Positions 1 to 8,075 of a stretch of DNA of 64,000 nucleotides are shown here, in pieces (the first letter of the stretch is position 1; the number at the start of each line of letters is the position of its first letter). This DNA comes from an uncultured Vicinamibacterales bacterium (GTDB taxonomy: Bacteria > Acidobacteriota > Vicinamibacteria > Vicinamibacterales > JAKQTR01). The stretch is from positions 14,252 to 78,251 of the forward strand of contig CAYJPV010000011.1 of assembly GCA_964372095.1 (NCBI GenBank), read 5' to 3'. The position numbers and the translations under genes are program-made. The notes beneath the pieces are model-generated. The model saw only the letters and a list, made by a program, of their open reading frames with translations. It was not told where the DNA came from and ran no database searches.

Positions 1-14
1 CCTCTAGCCTCTAG
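1..14. repeat. Partial heptamer array (CCTCTAG)n at the window edge
   Basis: cctctagcctctag; same unit family as the array at 61472-61509. Confidence 0.7.
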
Positions 15-1349
15 TTCCCGCGCTGCCGTGTGGCCGCTCATGGCGGCGCTTTCGATCGTACCCGGTAATGCGGTATCGGTCCAATCGCCAGCCAGATAGA
101 ACCCCGGCAGGGCCGTCAGGCAGGCGGGGCGCGGCGGTTCGCCGGGCGCGACCGAGAACGTCGAGTTTCGCTCACGGATCACACCGGCGTGCCGGAGTCT
201 CGCCCGCGTCACCTCCGGAATAGCGGCCTCCAGCTCGCGCATGGCGATAGCGACAACCTGCTCGTTCGTCATCGGCACCAGCCGCGACGCGCCGCTGGAC
301 ACGAGCGACAGGTGCGTCGCCGCGCCGTCGAACACGGCGCGTTTGTCGAACACCCACTGCATCTCGCGGCCGGGCAAGCCGACGAACGGCACGTCCAGCA
401 CGGGCCGGTCGAACCAGAGATTCACCGTGACGATCGGGTAACTCTTCATGCGACGGGCGTTGTTCACCAGGTCGAGCAGCGGCGCGGGCACGTGCTCGAA
501 GAGCGTGGGCACGGCGTGCCAGGGCACCGTCGAGATCACGGCGCCGGCCCGCAGGCGTTCGCCTCCCCTGGTCACGATTCCCGTAACACGTCCGCCGTCG
601 AGACTCACGCGGGCAAGGGCGTTGGTGATGACCGTCCCGCCTCGCGCTTCCACGAAGCGCCGGGACGGATCCGCCCAGAGTTGCCCGAGCGGCACACGCG
701 GCAGGGCAATGGCACTGTCTCCGGCATTCGAGCCGAACGCGTCGGCCAGCACCCGGACGAACGCCGTCGCCCCGGCTTCGTGGGCGGGCTGGTTCATGGC
801 CGCCAGCGCCAGCGGCTCCCACAACAGGTCCCGGAGCCGGGCTGTCTGCCCGTTGCGGATCAGCCAGTTCTCGACCGTCTCGTCCGGCGACGCCGCGAGG
901 TTGGTGGTCTTGCCGCGAAGGTGGCGCTGGGCCGTGCGGATGGCCGGGCCGATGCGGAACACCGACAGCCGGTCGGCCCACCCGAGCGCGTCCCAGTCGA
1001 GGACACCGCCGAGCAGATGCCACGGCGCCGGAAGCGGGGGGCAGGACAGCGTGGACCGCACGCCGGCGCCGTCCACCATCGGCACCGCCAGACGAGCCTG
1101 GACACGCACCAGGTCGGCGGTTCCAATCCGCCGCAGGAACCTGAACGACTCCCGATAGCAGCCCATCAGGATGTGCTGCCCGTTGTCGACGATCTCGCCT
1201 GTCGCGGGATCACGGTGGGACGAGGCGCGTCCTCCCGACGTCGGCCGCGCCTCGACGACGCAGACACGCGCGCCGGCCGCGGCCAGGGCTGTCGCGGCGC
1301 TGAACCCGGCGATGCCGCCCCCGATGATGATGATGTCGTCACTGATCAT
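1..1349 (-). CDS. hpnE: Hydroxysqualene dehydroxylase HpnE (FAD-dependent desaturase/amine-oxidase fold); 3' end runs off the window
   Basis: Not in the supplied ORF track because there is no stop inside the window. ATG at 1349. The N-terminus MISDDIIIIGGGIAGFSAATALAAAG is a GxGxxG dinucleotide fold. The C-terminal region reads FYLAGDWTDTALPGTIESAAMSG. It lies directly downstream of hpnC-hpnD on the same strand. The reading frame continues into the CTAGAGG repeat at positions 1-14. Confidence 0.85.
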   Translation of the reverse strand, partial: MISDDIIIIGGGIAGFSAATALAAAGARVCVVEARPTSGGRASSHRDPATGEIVDNGQHILMGCYRESFRFLRRIGTADLVRVQARLAVPMVDGAGVRSTLSCPPLPAPWHLLGGVLDWDALGWADRLSVFRIGPAIRTAQRHLRGKTTNLAASPDETVENWLIRNGQTARLRDLLWEPLALAAMNQPAHEAGATAFVRVLADAFGSNAGDSAIALPRVPLGQLWADPSRRFVEARGGTVITNALARVSLDGGRVTGIVTRGGERLRAGAVISTVPWHAVPTLFEHVPAPLLDLVNNARRMKSYPIVTVNLWFDRPVLDVPFVGLPGREMQWVFDKRAVFDGAATHLSLVSSGASRLVPMTNEQVVAIAMRELEAAIPEVTRARLRHAGVIRERNSTFSVAPGEPPRPACLTALPGFYLAGDWTDTALPGTIESAAMSGHTAARELEAR

Positions 1350-1393
1350 GGTGCATTCCGCAGATGCCATCACCTCATCGTTCGCGCCGGTGC

Positions 1394-1590
1394 GCCGCGG
1401 CGGGGTGTGGGGTCTCTCCCCTCGCTCAGGCTCGACATGCCGGCAAACCCGTCCTTGCCGGGTCCTGTCCCGAGCAAGGCGCGTGGCATCCCATCCACGC
1501 GCAACTCACCCCCCCACGGACGGGTTTGCGAACTGACGCCTGCGGCATGCTCGCATTCGCTCCGGGAGAGACCCCGCACCCCGCCGCGGC
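1394..1590. ncRNA. Candidate structured RNA or palindromic element (rod with central bubble, 6S-RNA-like architecture)
   Basis: 27-bp closing stem 1394-1420/1564-1590 with a single T:G at 1408/1576. Unpaired bubble 1421-1435 against 1550-1563. Perfect stems 1436-1442/1543-1549 and 1443-1454/1518-1529. Apical hairpins at 1455-1477 and 1479-1502. The strand is undetermined. Confidence 0.3.
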
Positions 1591-1594
1591 CATT

Positions 1595-1646
1595 CCCGGG
1601 ACCTCACGGTCCGGGGCTACGTACGGGAAGGTCCGGGGCTACGCAC
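1595..1646. repeat. REP-like palindromic elements (1.5 copies)
   Basis: cccgggacctcacggtccggggctacgtac followed by gggaaggtccggggctacgcac. The hpnD stop codon lies in the GCTAC part. Confidence 0.85.
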
Positions 1647-2472
1647 GGACCATCGTGGCGCACCAGATGCGGATCGCGATGAGCGCCTTCTGCCATCGCG
1701 GCAGGCGCAGTGGTTCGCCGAACACGTCAAAGCCGCTCCGTTCGATACGTCGCAGGAGCGCCGCGTAGATGCCGCCCATGATACGGGCCGCCACAAGACT
1801 GCGCGCGTCTTCGCGTGGCAACGCGCGTTCGGCTTTCGCGAAGTACTCGTGCGCGCGGCTGGCGTGGTGCACCAGCAGCGCCCGTATGCCAGGTGTCACC
1901 TGGCCCGCGCGCAACACCTCTTCCGTGACGCCGAACTGCGCCAGATCGGCCAACGGCAGGTACAGACGGCCGCTGCGGAGGTCTTTCCCCACGTCCCGCA
2001 GGATGTTCGTCAACTGCAGTGCGACACCGAGATCTGTCGCGTACTGGCGGCACCCGGCGTTGCGATACCCGAAGATCTCGATGCAGACCAGACCCACGGC
2101 CGATGCCACGCGCAGGCAGTACGGGTACAGGTCATCGAAGGTGTTCCACGTCCGCGTGGTGGTGTCCATCTCAACGCCGGCAATCACGTCTTCGAACGCC
2201 TGGCGGGGCAGGTTGAACCGCCCGACATGCGGCACGAGGGCACGTCCCTGCGGAGTTTGCGGGACACCGCCGCCGTACACCGCATCGACCTCGCGCCGCC
2301 ACAGCGCGATTCGTTCGCCCGCGTCCGGCACGCCGTGTCCGGAGCCGTCGCCGTCTTCGTCCACGGAGTCATCGACAGCCCGCATGAAGTCCCAGACGGC
2401 GACAATCGCCCTCCGCTTCTCGGCGGTCAGAGCCACGAACGAGTAATAGAAGTTCGTGTCGCGTCGGGCCAT
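1639..2472 (-). CDS. hpnD: Presqualene diphosphate synthase HpnD (squalene/phytoene synthase family)
   Basis: ORF 1639..2529 trimmed to the ATG at 2472 (MARRDTNFYYSF). Asp-rich motif DDSVDE and a NILRDVGKD region are present. The 19 codons upstream are only translated GGGGATT repeat. Confidence 0.85.
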   Translation of the reverse strand: MARRDTNFYYSFVALTAEKRRAIVAVWDFMRAVDDSVDEDGDGSGHGVPDAGERIALWRREVDAVYGGGVPQTPQGRALVPHVGRFNLPRQAFEDVIAGVEMDTTTRTWNTFDDLYPYCLRVASAVGLVCIEIFGYRNAGCRQYATDLGVALQLTNILRDVGKDLRSGRLYLPLADLAQFGVTEEVLRAGQVTPGIRALLVHHASRAHEYFAKAERALPREDARSLVAARIMGGIYAALLRRIERSGFDVFGEPLRLPRWQKALIAIRIWCATMVRA

Positions 2473-2482
2473 GGGGCTACCT

Positions 2483-2516
2483 GGGGGGTCGGGGATTGGG
2501 GATTGGGGGTTGGGGC
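2483..2516. repeat. Heptamer tandem array (GGGGATT-type), G4-capable
   Basis: ggggggtcggggattggggattgggggttgggg in the hpnC-hpnD spacer. A partner caatcccca lies a few nt downstream. Confidence 0.9.
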
Positions 2517-2538
2517 AGGCCAGAGCCACCGCCCCGGC

Positions 2539-3435
2539 TCAATCCCCACTCCGCGCCCTCCACGTCAGGGCCTGCCACACCAGGGCAGGAATGTCCGCTT
2601 TGCCAAGCGCCGGCCGTTTCGCAAAGACGTCGAACCGGCCCGCCTCCAACCTGTCGAGAATCCGGCTGCCGCCCAGCCAGGTGAAACGCAGCTCGTACTT
2701 CAGCCGGCCTGGCACACCGTCACACACGCTCCTGCCTTCAGCGAACAGCGCGCGCGTCCGCGCGGCCGCTTCGGCGAGCACGTTTCGCCATGCCGCAGTC
2801 AGCTGCCGCGCTGCAAGATCTTCCTCGCGGGCACCGAGGCGTTCCCGGTCCGCCAGCGGCAGATAGACCCGCTCCTTCTGCCAGTCCCGCTCGACGTCCT
2901 GGAGGAAATTGGTCAACTGGAGCGCCGTGCACATGGCGTCGGACGCCCGATCGAGGGCCTGATCGGCGGTGCCCGCCACGCGCAGGACCAGCCTGCCGAC
3001 GGGATTGGCCGAGCGGCGGCAATAGTCGAGCAGATCCGCCCACGTGTCGTACCGCTTCTTGACGACATCCTGCCTGAACGCGCTGATGAGGTCGTCGAAC
3101 AGAGACAAGGGCAGGTGATGGAGGCGGATCGTGGCGGCCAGCGCCTTGAAAACCGGTGCGACGGGCTCGGCTGAGGCGTTCCCCGGACCTGAAGGTCCGG
3201 GGCTACGTACGGCGGCGTGCAATTGCGCCTGCCACACGTCGAGCTGTGCCAGGCGGGCGTCGGCCGGCACGTCGCCTTCGTCGGCCAGATCGTCCGCGGT
3301 CCGCGCGAACGCATAGATGGCCGCGACGTGCGGCCGCATCCGCCGCGGCAGCAGCAACGACGCCACCGGGAAGTTCTCGTAGTGCGACTGGGCCAGGCGT
3401 TCGCACTCGGCGTACGCGTCGGCGAGTCTCACCAC
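2539..3435 (-). CDS. hpnC: Hydroxysqualene synthase HpnC (squalene synthase family)
   Basis: ORF 2539..3672 trimmed to the in-frame GTG at 3435 or 3432 (VVRLADAYAECERLAQSHYENFPVAS). Motifs ARTADDLADEG and QLTNFLQDVERD are present. The start overlaps the stop of the upstream gene (GTGGTGA). Confidence 0.85.
   Translation of the reverse strand: MVRLADAYAECERLAQSHYENFPVASLLLPRRMRPHVAAIYAFARTADDLADEGDVPADARLAQLDVWQAQLHAAVRSPGPSGPGNASAEPVAPVFKALAATIRLHHLPLSLFDDLISAFRQDVVKKRYDTWADLLDYCRRSANPVGRLVLRVAGTADQALDRASDAMCTALQLTNFLQDVERDWQKERVYLPLADRERLGAREEDLAARQLTAAWRNVLAEAAARTRALFAEGRSVCDGVPGRLKYELRFTWLGGSRILDRLEAGRFDVFAKRPALGKADIPALVWQALTWRARSGD
3181..3210. repeat. REP-like palindrome located inside the hpnC coding sequence, in frame
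   Basis: ccccggacctgaaggtccggggctacgtac has the same design as the intergenic copies. On the minus strand it is translated as VRSPGPSGPGN. Confidence 0.85.
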
Positions 3436-3962
3436 TCGACCTCGGCCCGGCCCGCGCGTTTGTTCACCACGCGCGTCAGGACGAACAGCAGATCCGAGAG
3501 CCGATTCATGTAGGCCAGGTACTCGACTTCCACCGACACCATGGCCACCATCCGCCGTTCGGCGCGGCGGCAGACCGTTCTGGCCATGTGCAGCGCGGCC
3601 GCAGCGCGGGTCCCTCCGGGCAGGATGAACCGCCGCAACGGCGGGAGCTCCTCTTCGTACTTGTCGATCCACGCTTCGAGCCTGGCGACATCTTCCTGCC
3701 CCAGAGCAATCTTCGTCACCCGATCGGCAATCCGCTCTGCCGGGTCCGCCAGACGCGACCCGAGAGCGAACAACTCGCGCTGGACCCTGTCCATGACCGC
3801 GTCGATGTCCGCATCGAGGCCTTCTGCGCGGGCCAGGCCAATCGCCGCATTGGCTTCGTCCACTTCGCCGTAGGCTTCGACCCGCAAGTCGGACTTCGCG
3901 ATACGTGTCCCGTCGAAAAGCGTCGTGCTGCCGCCATCGCCGGTCCGGGTGTAGATCTTCAT
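3429..3962 (-). CDS. PduO-type ATP:cob(I)alamin adenosyltransferase
   Basis: ORF 3429..4016 trimmed to MKIYTRTGDGGSTTLFDG. The text YGEVDEANAAIG ... LPGG ... LHMARTVCRRAERR is typical of the family. Confidence 0.85.
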   Translation of the reverse strand: MKIYTRTGDGGSTTLFDGTRIAKSDLRVEAYGEVDEANAAIGLARAEGLDADIDAVMDRVQRELFALGSRLADPAERIADRVTKIALGQEDVARLEAWIDKYEEELPPLRRFILPGGTRAAAALHMARTVCRRAERRMVAMVSVEVEYLAYMNRLSDLLFVLTRVVNKRAGRAEVEW

Positions 3963-4016
3963 GGTGTTTGGATTATAAGTGGGGAGTACCCTGAACCCGA
4001 AGCCGACACCCCTCAC

Positions 4017-4742
4017 ATGCCCAAACGCCCCCCGATACGTTCACGAAAACCGTGCCTCGACATCCCCCCGCCGCCGCAACGCCAGCAATTCCGGCGGAGA
4101 CTCCTGCGCTGGTACGACAGCCACGGACGGGACCTGCCGTGGCGCAAGACGCCCGACCCGTACCACATCCTGGTCTCGGAGGTGATGCTGCAGCAGACCC
4201 AGGTGGATCGGGTGCTGCCAAAGTACGGCGAGTGGCTCGGAAGATACCCGTCGCTCGCGGCACTGGCCGACACTCCGGTCGACGAAGCCGTCAGGACGTG
4301 GTACCCGCTGGGCTACAACATCAGGCCGCGGCGCCTGCACGCCATTGCGCGGGAGTCGGTTGAACGGTTCGGCGGGGCGCTGCCGTCGGACGCCGACACG
4401 TTGCGTTCGTTCAAGGGCATCGGCCCGTACACCGCTGGCGCCATCATGAGCTTTGCGTTCGGCAAACGTGCCGCCATCCTGGATACCAACGTCGCGCGGG
4501 TCCTCTTGCGCGTATTCGTCGGCCCGGGCGACCCGAAGCAGCATCAACTGAAGAAGCACCTGTGGAAGGTGTCGGAAACGCTCGTTCCCGTGAAGCGGGT
4601 CTTCGACTTCAATCAGGCCATCATGGACCTCGGCGCGATGGTCTGTACCGCACGAAAACCCCAGTGCCCCGTGTGCCCGATGGCGGGGATGTGCCGCACG
4701 CAACTCGGGGCTCGGGACTCGGGGCTCGGGGCTCGGGGCTAG
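4017..4742 (+). CDS. mutY: Short MutY-like adenine DNA glycosylase (HhH-GPD with 4Fe-4S loop, no C-terminal MutT-like domain)
   Basis: ATG 4017 within ORF 3156..4742. Motifs: LLRWYDSHGRDLPWR, HhH FKGIGPYTAGAI, catalytic-region ILDTNVARVL, and cluster CTARKPQCPVCPMAGMC (C-x6-C-x2-C-x5-C). Only 241 aa. The last 13 codons are translated GGGGCTC repeat. Confidence 0.8.
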   Translation: MPKRPPIRSRKPCLDIPPPPQRQQFRRRLLRWYDSHGRDLPWRKTPDPYHILVSEVMLQQTQVDRVLPKYGEWLGRYPSLAALADTPVDEAVRTWYPLGYNIRPRRLHAIARESVERFGGALPSDADTLRSFKGIGPYTAGAIMSFAFGKRAAILDTNVARVLLRVFVGPGDPKQHQLKKHLWKVSETLVPVKRVFDFNQAIMDLGAMVCTARKPQCPVCPMAGMCRTQLGARDSGLGARG

Positions 4743-4758
4743 GGACTCGGGGCTCGGA
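4705..4758. repeat. Heptamer tandem array (GGGGCTC)n, G4-capable
   Basis: ctcggggctcgggactcggggctcggggctcggggctagggactcggggctcgg. It supplies the mutY-like TAG stop at 4740-4742. Confidence 0.9.
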
Positions 4759-4804
4759 GCGTCGGCCTTTGCAGATCTGGCTCCGGCGGACAGGAGGGAC
4801 TCCG

Positions 4805-5188
4805 CTAGCTCGTGAGCAGACGTACCAGTTCGTGATCGGCTGGCGGTAGAGCGTAGAACGCGAGGTCTTCACGACGGACCCAGACCATCTCCTGGCCGAG
4901 CGCGGGGCGCGGTTCCGTCAGCAACCTGCAGTGGAAGAAGCGGAGTTCGACACAACGCTCGGGGTAGTCATGCGATGTGGCGTGAATCTCATCGCCGACA
5001 TCAACCTCGGCATCCAGTTCCTCACGGATTTCACGGACGAGGCCCTCGGCCAAGGACTCGCCTGCGTCGCACTTGCCGCCAGGAAACTCCCAGAACCCGG
5101 CCAGATGCGTGCCCTCGAGTCGCCGGGTCAGCAGAAACGCCCCGTCTCGCTCAATCACGGCCGCGCTTACGACGATGTGCGGTTTCAT
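4805..5188 (-). CDS. mutT: NUDIX hydrolase, MutT-like (8-oxo-dGTP diphosphatase type)
   Basis: Nudix box in WEFPGGKCDAGESLAEGLVREIREELDAE. 127 aa. Confidence 0.8.
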   Translation of the reverse strand: MKPHIVVSAAVIERDGAFLLTRRLEGTHLAGFWEFPGGKCDAGESLAEGLVREIREELDAEVDVGDEIHATSHDYPERCVELRFFHCRLLTEPRPALGQEMVWVRREDLAFYALPPADHELVRLLTS

Positions 5189-5238
5189 GGGGACACGATC
5201 TCCAGGCCTGCGGCTTTCGGCTTGCAGCCTTCGGCCCT

Positions 5239-5300
5239 CTACTGACTACTGACTACTGCCTACTTGCTTCCTGCTTCTTGCTTCTTGCTTCTTGCTTCTG
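5239..5300. repeat. Composite heptamer arrays (CTACTGA)n + (CTTGCTT)n
   Basis: ctactgactactgactactgcctacttgcttcctgcttcttgcttcttgcttcttgcttctg. Confidence 0.9.
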
Positions 5301-5310
5301 CCCCATGTCT

Positions 5311-6309
5311 CTACCGAAACGGCAGCGCCCTCACCGTCGCCGGCACGACCTGGCCGCCGGCGCTCACCGTCACCAGAGTACCCGCCTGGCTCTTGTCCCG
5401 ATGCAGGTAGGCCAGGGCGATCGGTTTCCCGAATTCCGGTGACAGCACGGCGCTGGTCACCTGCCCCACGTCTTTGTCCCCCTCCCGCACCACCGCGCCA
5501 CGCTCCGGAACCTCGCCGCCGTCGAGCACCAGACCGACCAGTTTCCGGGCGACCCGCCCGTGGCCCCGATCGCGAATCCGCACCAGCACCTCCTGCCCCG
5601 GGAAACAACCCTTCGTATAGCTGATGGCCGTCGTCTCCAGGCCGGCCTCGAGAGGAATCGTCTCGTCCGTCATGTCGACGAGGAACGCCGGCTGCCCCGC
5701 CTCCACCCGCAACACTTCCTCGGTTGTTGCCTCGACGACCTCGGCGCCATTGGCCCCGGCGAGGGCAGCCAACGAGGGGATTGCCGCCATGTCGGTGAAC
5801 AGCAGGAACCCTGGCAGTCCGAACTCGTCGGTTCTGGTCACGATGACCGCCGTCCCACCCCAGGACACCCTCGCATTCTGGAACGGTTGCCAGGACGCGA
5901 GAACGCTGGCGTCGAGGCCGACCGACGCCCCGACAACACCCGCCGCAAGCGGGCCCTGGACGCTGATGCAGCCAAACGCATCGGAGACGTCACCCATTTC
6001 GACGTCTTCGGAAAACAACATCTGATCGAGTTTCGCCAGCAGCACGTCTTTCGTTTCCCGGTGGACGTCTAAGAGGACAGCATCGCCGAGTTCGAACACC
6101 CGCATGTCGGCGATCATCCGGCCCTGGGGGGTCAGCAGCGCGGCGTAACAGCCGGTGCCCGGCGCCAACCCGGCCACGTCGTTCGTGAGCAGGGCGTGCA
6201 GAAACGTCAGCCGGTCCCGTCCGCGCAGCGTGATCCGGCCCCGTCTGGAGCGGTCGAGCACACCGGCGGACTGACGGACGGCGCGGTATTGGTCGAAGGA
6301 GAACGGCAT
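5311..6309 (-). CDS. ygfZ: Folate-binding YgfZ/GcvT-like protein
   Basis: 332-aa ORF. N-terminal LDRSRRGRITLRGRDRLTFLHALLTND. The family signature YTKGCFPGQE lies near the C-terminus. Confidence 0.8.
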   Translation of the reverse strand: MPFSFDQYRAVRQSAGVLDRSRRGRITLRGRDRLTFLHALLTNDVAGLAPGTGCYAALLTPQGRMIADMRVFELGDAVLLDVHRETKDVLLAKLDQMLFSEDVEMGDVSDAFGCISVQGPLAAGVVGASVGLDASVLASWQPFQNARVSWGGTAVIVTRTDEFGLPGFLLFTDMAAIPSLAALAGANGAEVVEATTEEVLRVEAGQPAFLVDMTDETIPLEAGLETTAISYTKGCFPGQEVLVRIRDRGHGRVARKLVGLVLDGGEVPERGAVVREGDKDVGQVTSAVLSPEFGKPIALAYLHRDKSQAGTLVTVSAGGQVVPATVRALPFR

Positions 6310-6357
6310 ATGTCAGGTCAGGCTGAAGGCCGGGGTTCTGCCCGGGCGTTTGCTGGT

Positions 6358-8073
6358 ATGCTCAGACTCGGTATGTTGTACCGCCATTGTACCGCTGCTG
6401 CGGCCATCCTCATCCTGGCAGGTGCCGCGGCTGCCGTCGCGCAGCCGCCGGCCACCCCGCCCGCCGAAACGTTCCTCACGGTGTTCATGCAGGGCATGCC
6501 CCTCGGCACCGAGACGGTGACGGTCACGTCGAACGCCGACGGCTGGCTCATCAAGGGGTCTGGCCGCCTTGGGGCGCCGGTCAACGTGACGACATCACGA
6601 TTCGAAGCCTACTACGACCGCGACTGGAAACCCCTCCGGCTCGAGATCGACGGATCGATCCGCGGCCAGCCGCTCATCCTGCGCACGACATTCGCCAACG
6701 GTACGGCCGCGAGCGAGATCATGCAGGCGGGACAACAGTCGCAGAAGACCGACGCGGTCGCTGCCGACACGATCGTGCTGCCGAACATGTTTTTTGCGGC
6801 GTACGAGGCTCTGGCCATTCGCCTGGCCACAACGAAAGCCGGCGCCGAACTGCGCGCCTATATCGCGCCCCAGGTGGAAATCCCCGTGCAGGTGACGGGC
6901 GTGACCGAAGAGCGTATCCAGACGCCCGCGGGCACCATCGTGGCCAGGCGGTACGACGTCACGTTCGTCAATCCCAACGGGAACGTCGCGGGAGAGGTGT
7001 GGATTGACGCGGACGCCAGGCTCCTGCGGTTCCGCGTCAACAGCCAGGGCCTGGAAGTGGCCCGCAGCGACGTGGCCTCGGTGTCGGCGCGTATCGAGCG
7101 CGGGACCAGGCCGGGCGACGAACAGGTGCGGATGCCCGCCAGCGGGTTCTCGCTCGCGGGCACGCTGTCACGGCCGGGCCCCACGGTGCCGGATCCGAAG
7201 GCCAAGAACATCCCGACACTGCCGGCGGTCGTCCTTGTGCCGGGCTCGGGCGCCGTCGATCGCGACGAGACGGCCTATGGCATCTCCGTCTTCACGCAAC
7301 TGGCCACCGCCCTCGCCGACGCCGGCTTCATCGTCGTCCGCTACGACAAGCGGGGTGTCGGCCAGAGCGGAGGCCGCCAGGAAGCGGCCACCATCGACGA
7401 CTTCGCCGAAGACGTCCGGGCGGTCGTGAACTACCTCCGTAAACGGAAAGACGTCGACGACAAGCGCATCGCGATCGTCGGTCACAGCGAAGGCGGCTTC
7501 ACTGGCATGCTGGCCGCGTCCCGCGACAAGAAGAAGGTGGCGGCCGTGGTGCTGGTGGCCACGCCCGGAACGACCGGCGCGGAACTGGTGCTGGAACAGC
7601 AGCGCCACATCCTGGACCGCCTGCCGCTGCCCGAGGGCGAACGGCGAGACCGGATGGAGCTGCAGCAGAAGATCCAGCAGGCCGTCATCTCAGGCACCGG
7701 CTGGGAGGCGATCCCGTCGGGATTCAAGCGCCAGGCAGACACGCCGTGGTTCCGCAGTTTCCTGCTGTTCGACCCGGCAAAGGTCCTGCCGAAGGTCGAG
7801 GAGCCCCTGTTGATCGTGCAGGCAGAGCGGGACCGGCAGGTGCCGCTCAGGCACGGGGAGATCCTGCTCGCCCTGGGCAAAGCCCGGAAGGCCAACTGGG
7901 GTACCGACCTCGTGGTCGTGGACGGCATCAATCACCTGCTTGTGCCCGCGCCGACAGGCGAGGTCACCGAGTACGCGACGTTGACCGACAAGACCGTGAG
8001 TCCCACCCTCCTCGGCCACATCACCCGGTGGCTGAAGGAGAGGCTCCCCGCTCCTGCCGCAGGGAAACAGTAA
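6358..8073 (+). CDS. Secreted alpha/beta hydrolase (S9/DLH-like) with an N-terminal beta-rich domain
   Basis: ORF 6196..8073. The ATG at 6358 gives the signal peptide MLRLGMLYRHCTAAAAILILAGAAAAVAQP (alternative starts at 6310 and 6373). Nucleophile elbow VGHSEGG. The start position is uncertain. Confidence 0.75.
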   Translation: MLRLGMLYRHCTAAAAILILAGAAAAVAQPPATPPAETFLTVFMQGMPLGTETVTVTSNADGWLIKGSGRLGAPVNVTTSRFEAYYDRDWKPLRLEIDGSIRGQPLILRTTFANGTAASEIMQAGQQSQKTDAVAADTIVLPNMFFAAYEALAIRLATTKAGAELRAYIAPQVEIPVQVTGVTEERIQTPAGTIVARRYDVTFVNPNGNVAGEVWIDADARLLRFRVNSQGLEVARSDVASVSARIERGTRPGDEQVRMPASGFSLAGTLSRPGPTVPDPKAKNIPTLPAVVLVPGSGAVDRDETAYGISVFTQLATALADAGFIVVRYDKRGVGQSGGRQEAATIDDFAEDVRAVVNYLRKRKDVDDKRIAIVGHSEGGFTGMLAASRDKKKVAAVVLVATPGTTGAELVLEQQRHILDRLPLPEGERRDRMELQQKIQQAVISGTGWEAIPSGFKRQADTPWFRSFLLFDPAKVLPKVEEPLLIVQAERDRQVPLRHGEILLALGKARKANWGTDLVVVDGINHLLVPAPTGEVTEYATLTDKTVSPTLLGHITRWLKERLPAPAAGKQ

Positions 8074-8075
8074 CG

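Noticed and set aside
189-1682. 497-aa plus-strand ORF, and the 172..1023 and 448..1158 ORFs
   Set aside because: They are antisense or out of frame to the well-supported hpnE gene. The translations are Arg/Pro/Gly-rich low complexity with no recognisable motif, which is typical of high-GC shadow ORFs.
2539-3672. Long forms of several ORFs: hpnC 377 aa, lpdA 589 aa (21867..23636), helicase from 46461, methylase from 49073, M14 from 31416, NSS from 58662
   Set aside because: The N-terminal extensions overlap neighbouring genes or are translated repeat sequence. Internal starts with SD sequences and family-typical N-termini were preferred.
6307-6312. Back-to-back divergent start codons (CATATG) of ygfZ and the long form of the hydrolase ORF
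   Set aside because: This would leave no promoter space. A downstream ATG (6358 or 6373) gives a proper signal peptide, so the abutting start is probably not used.
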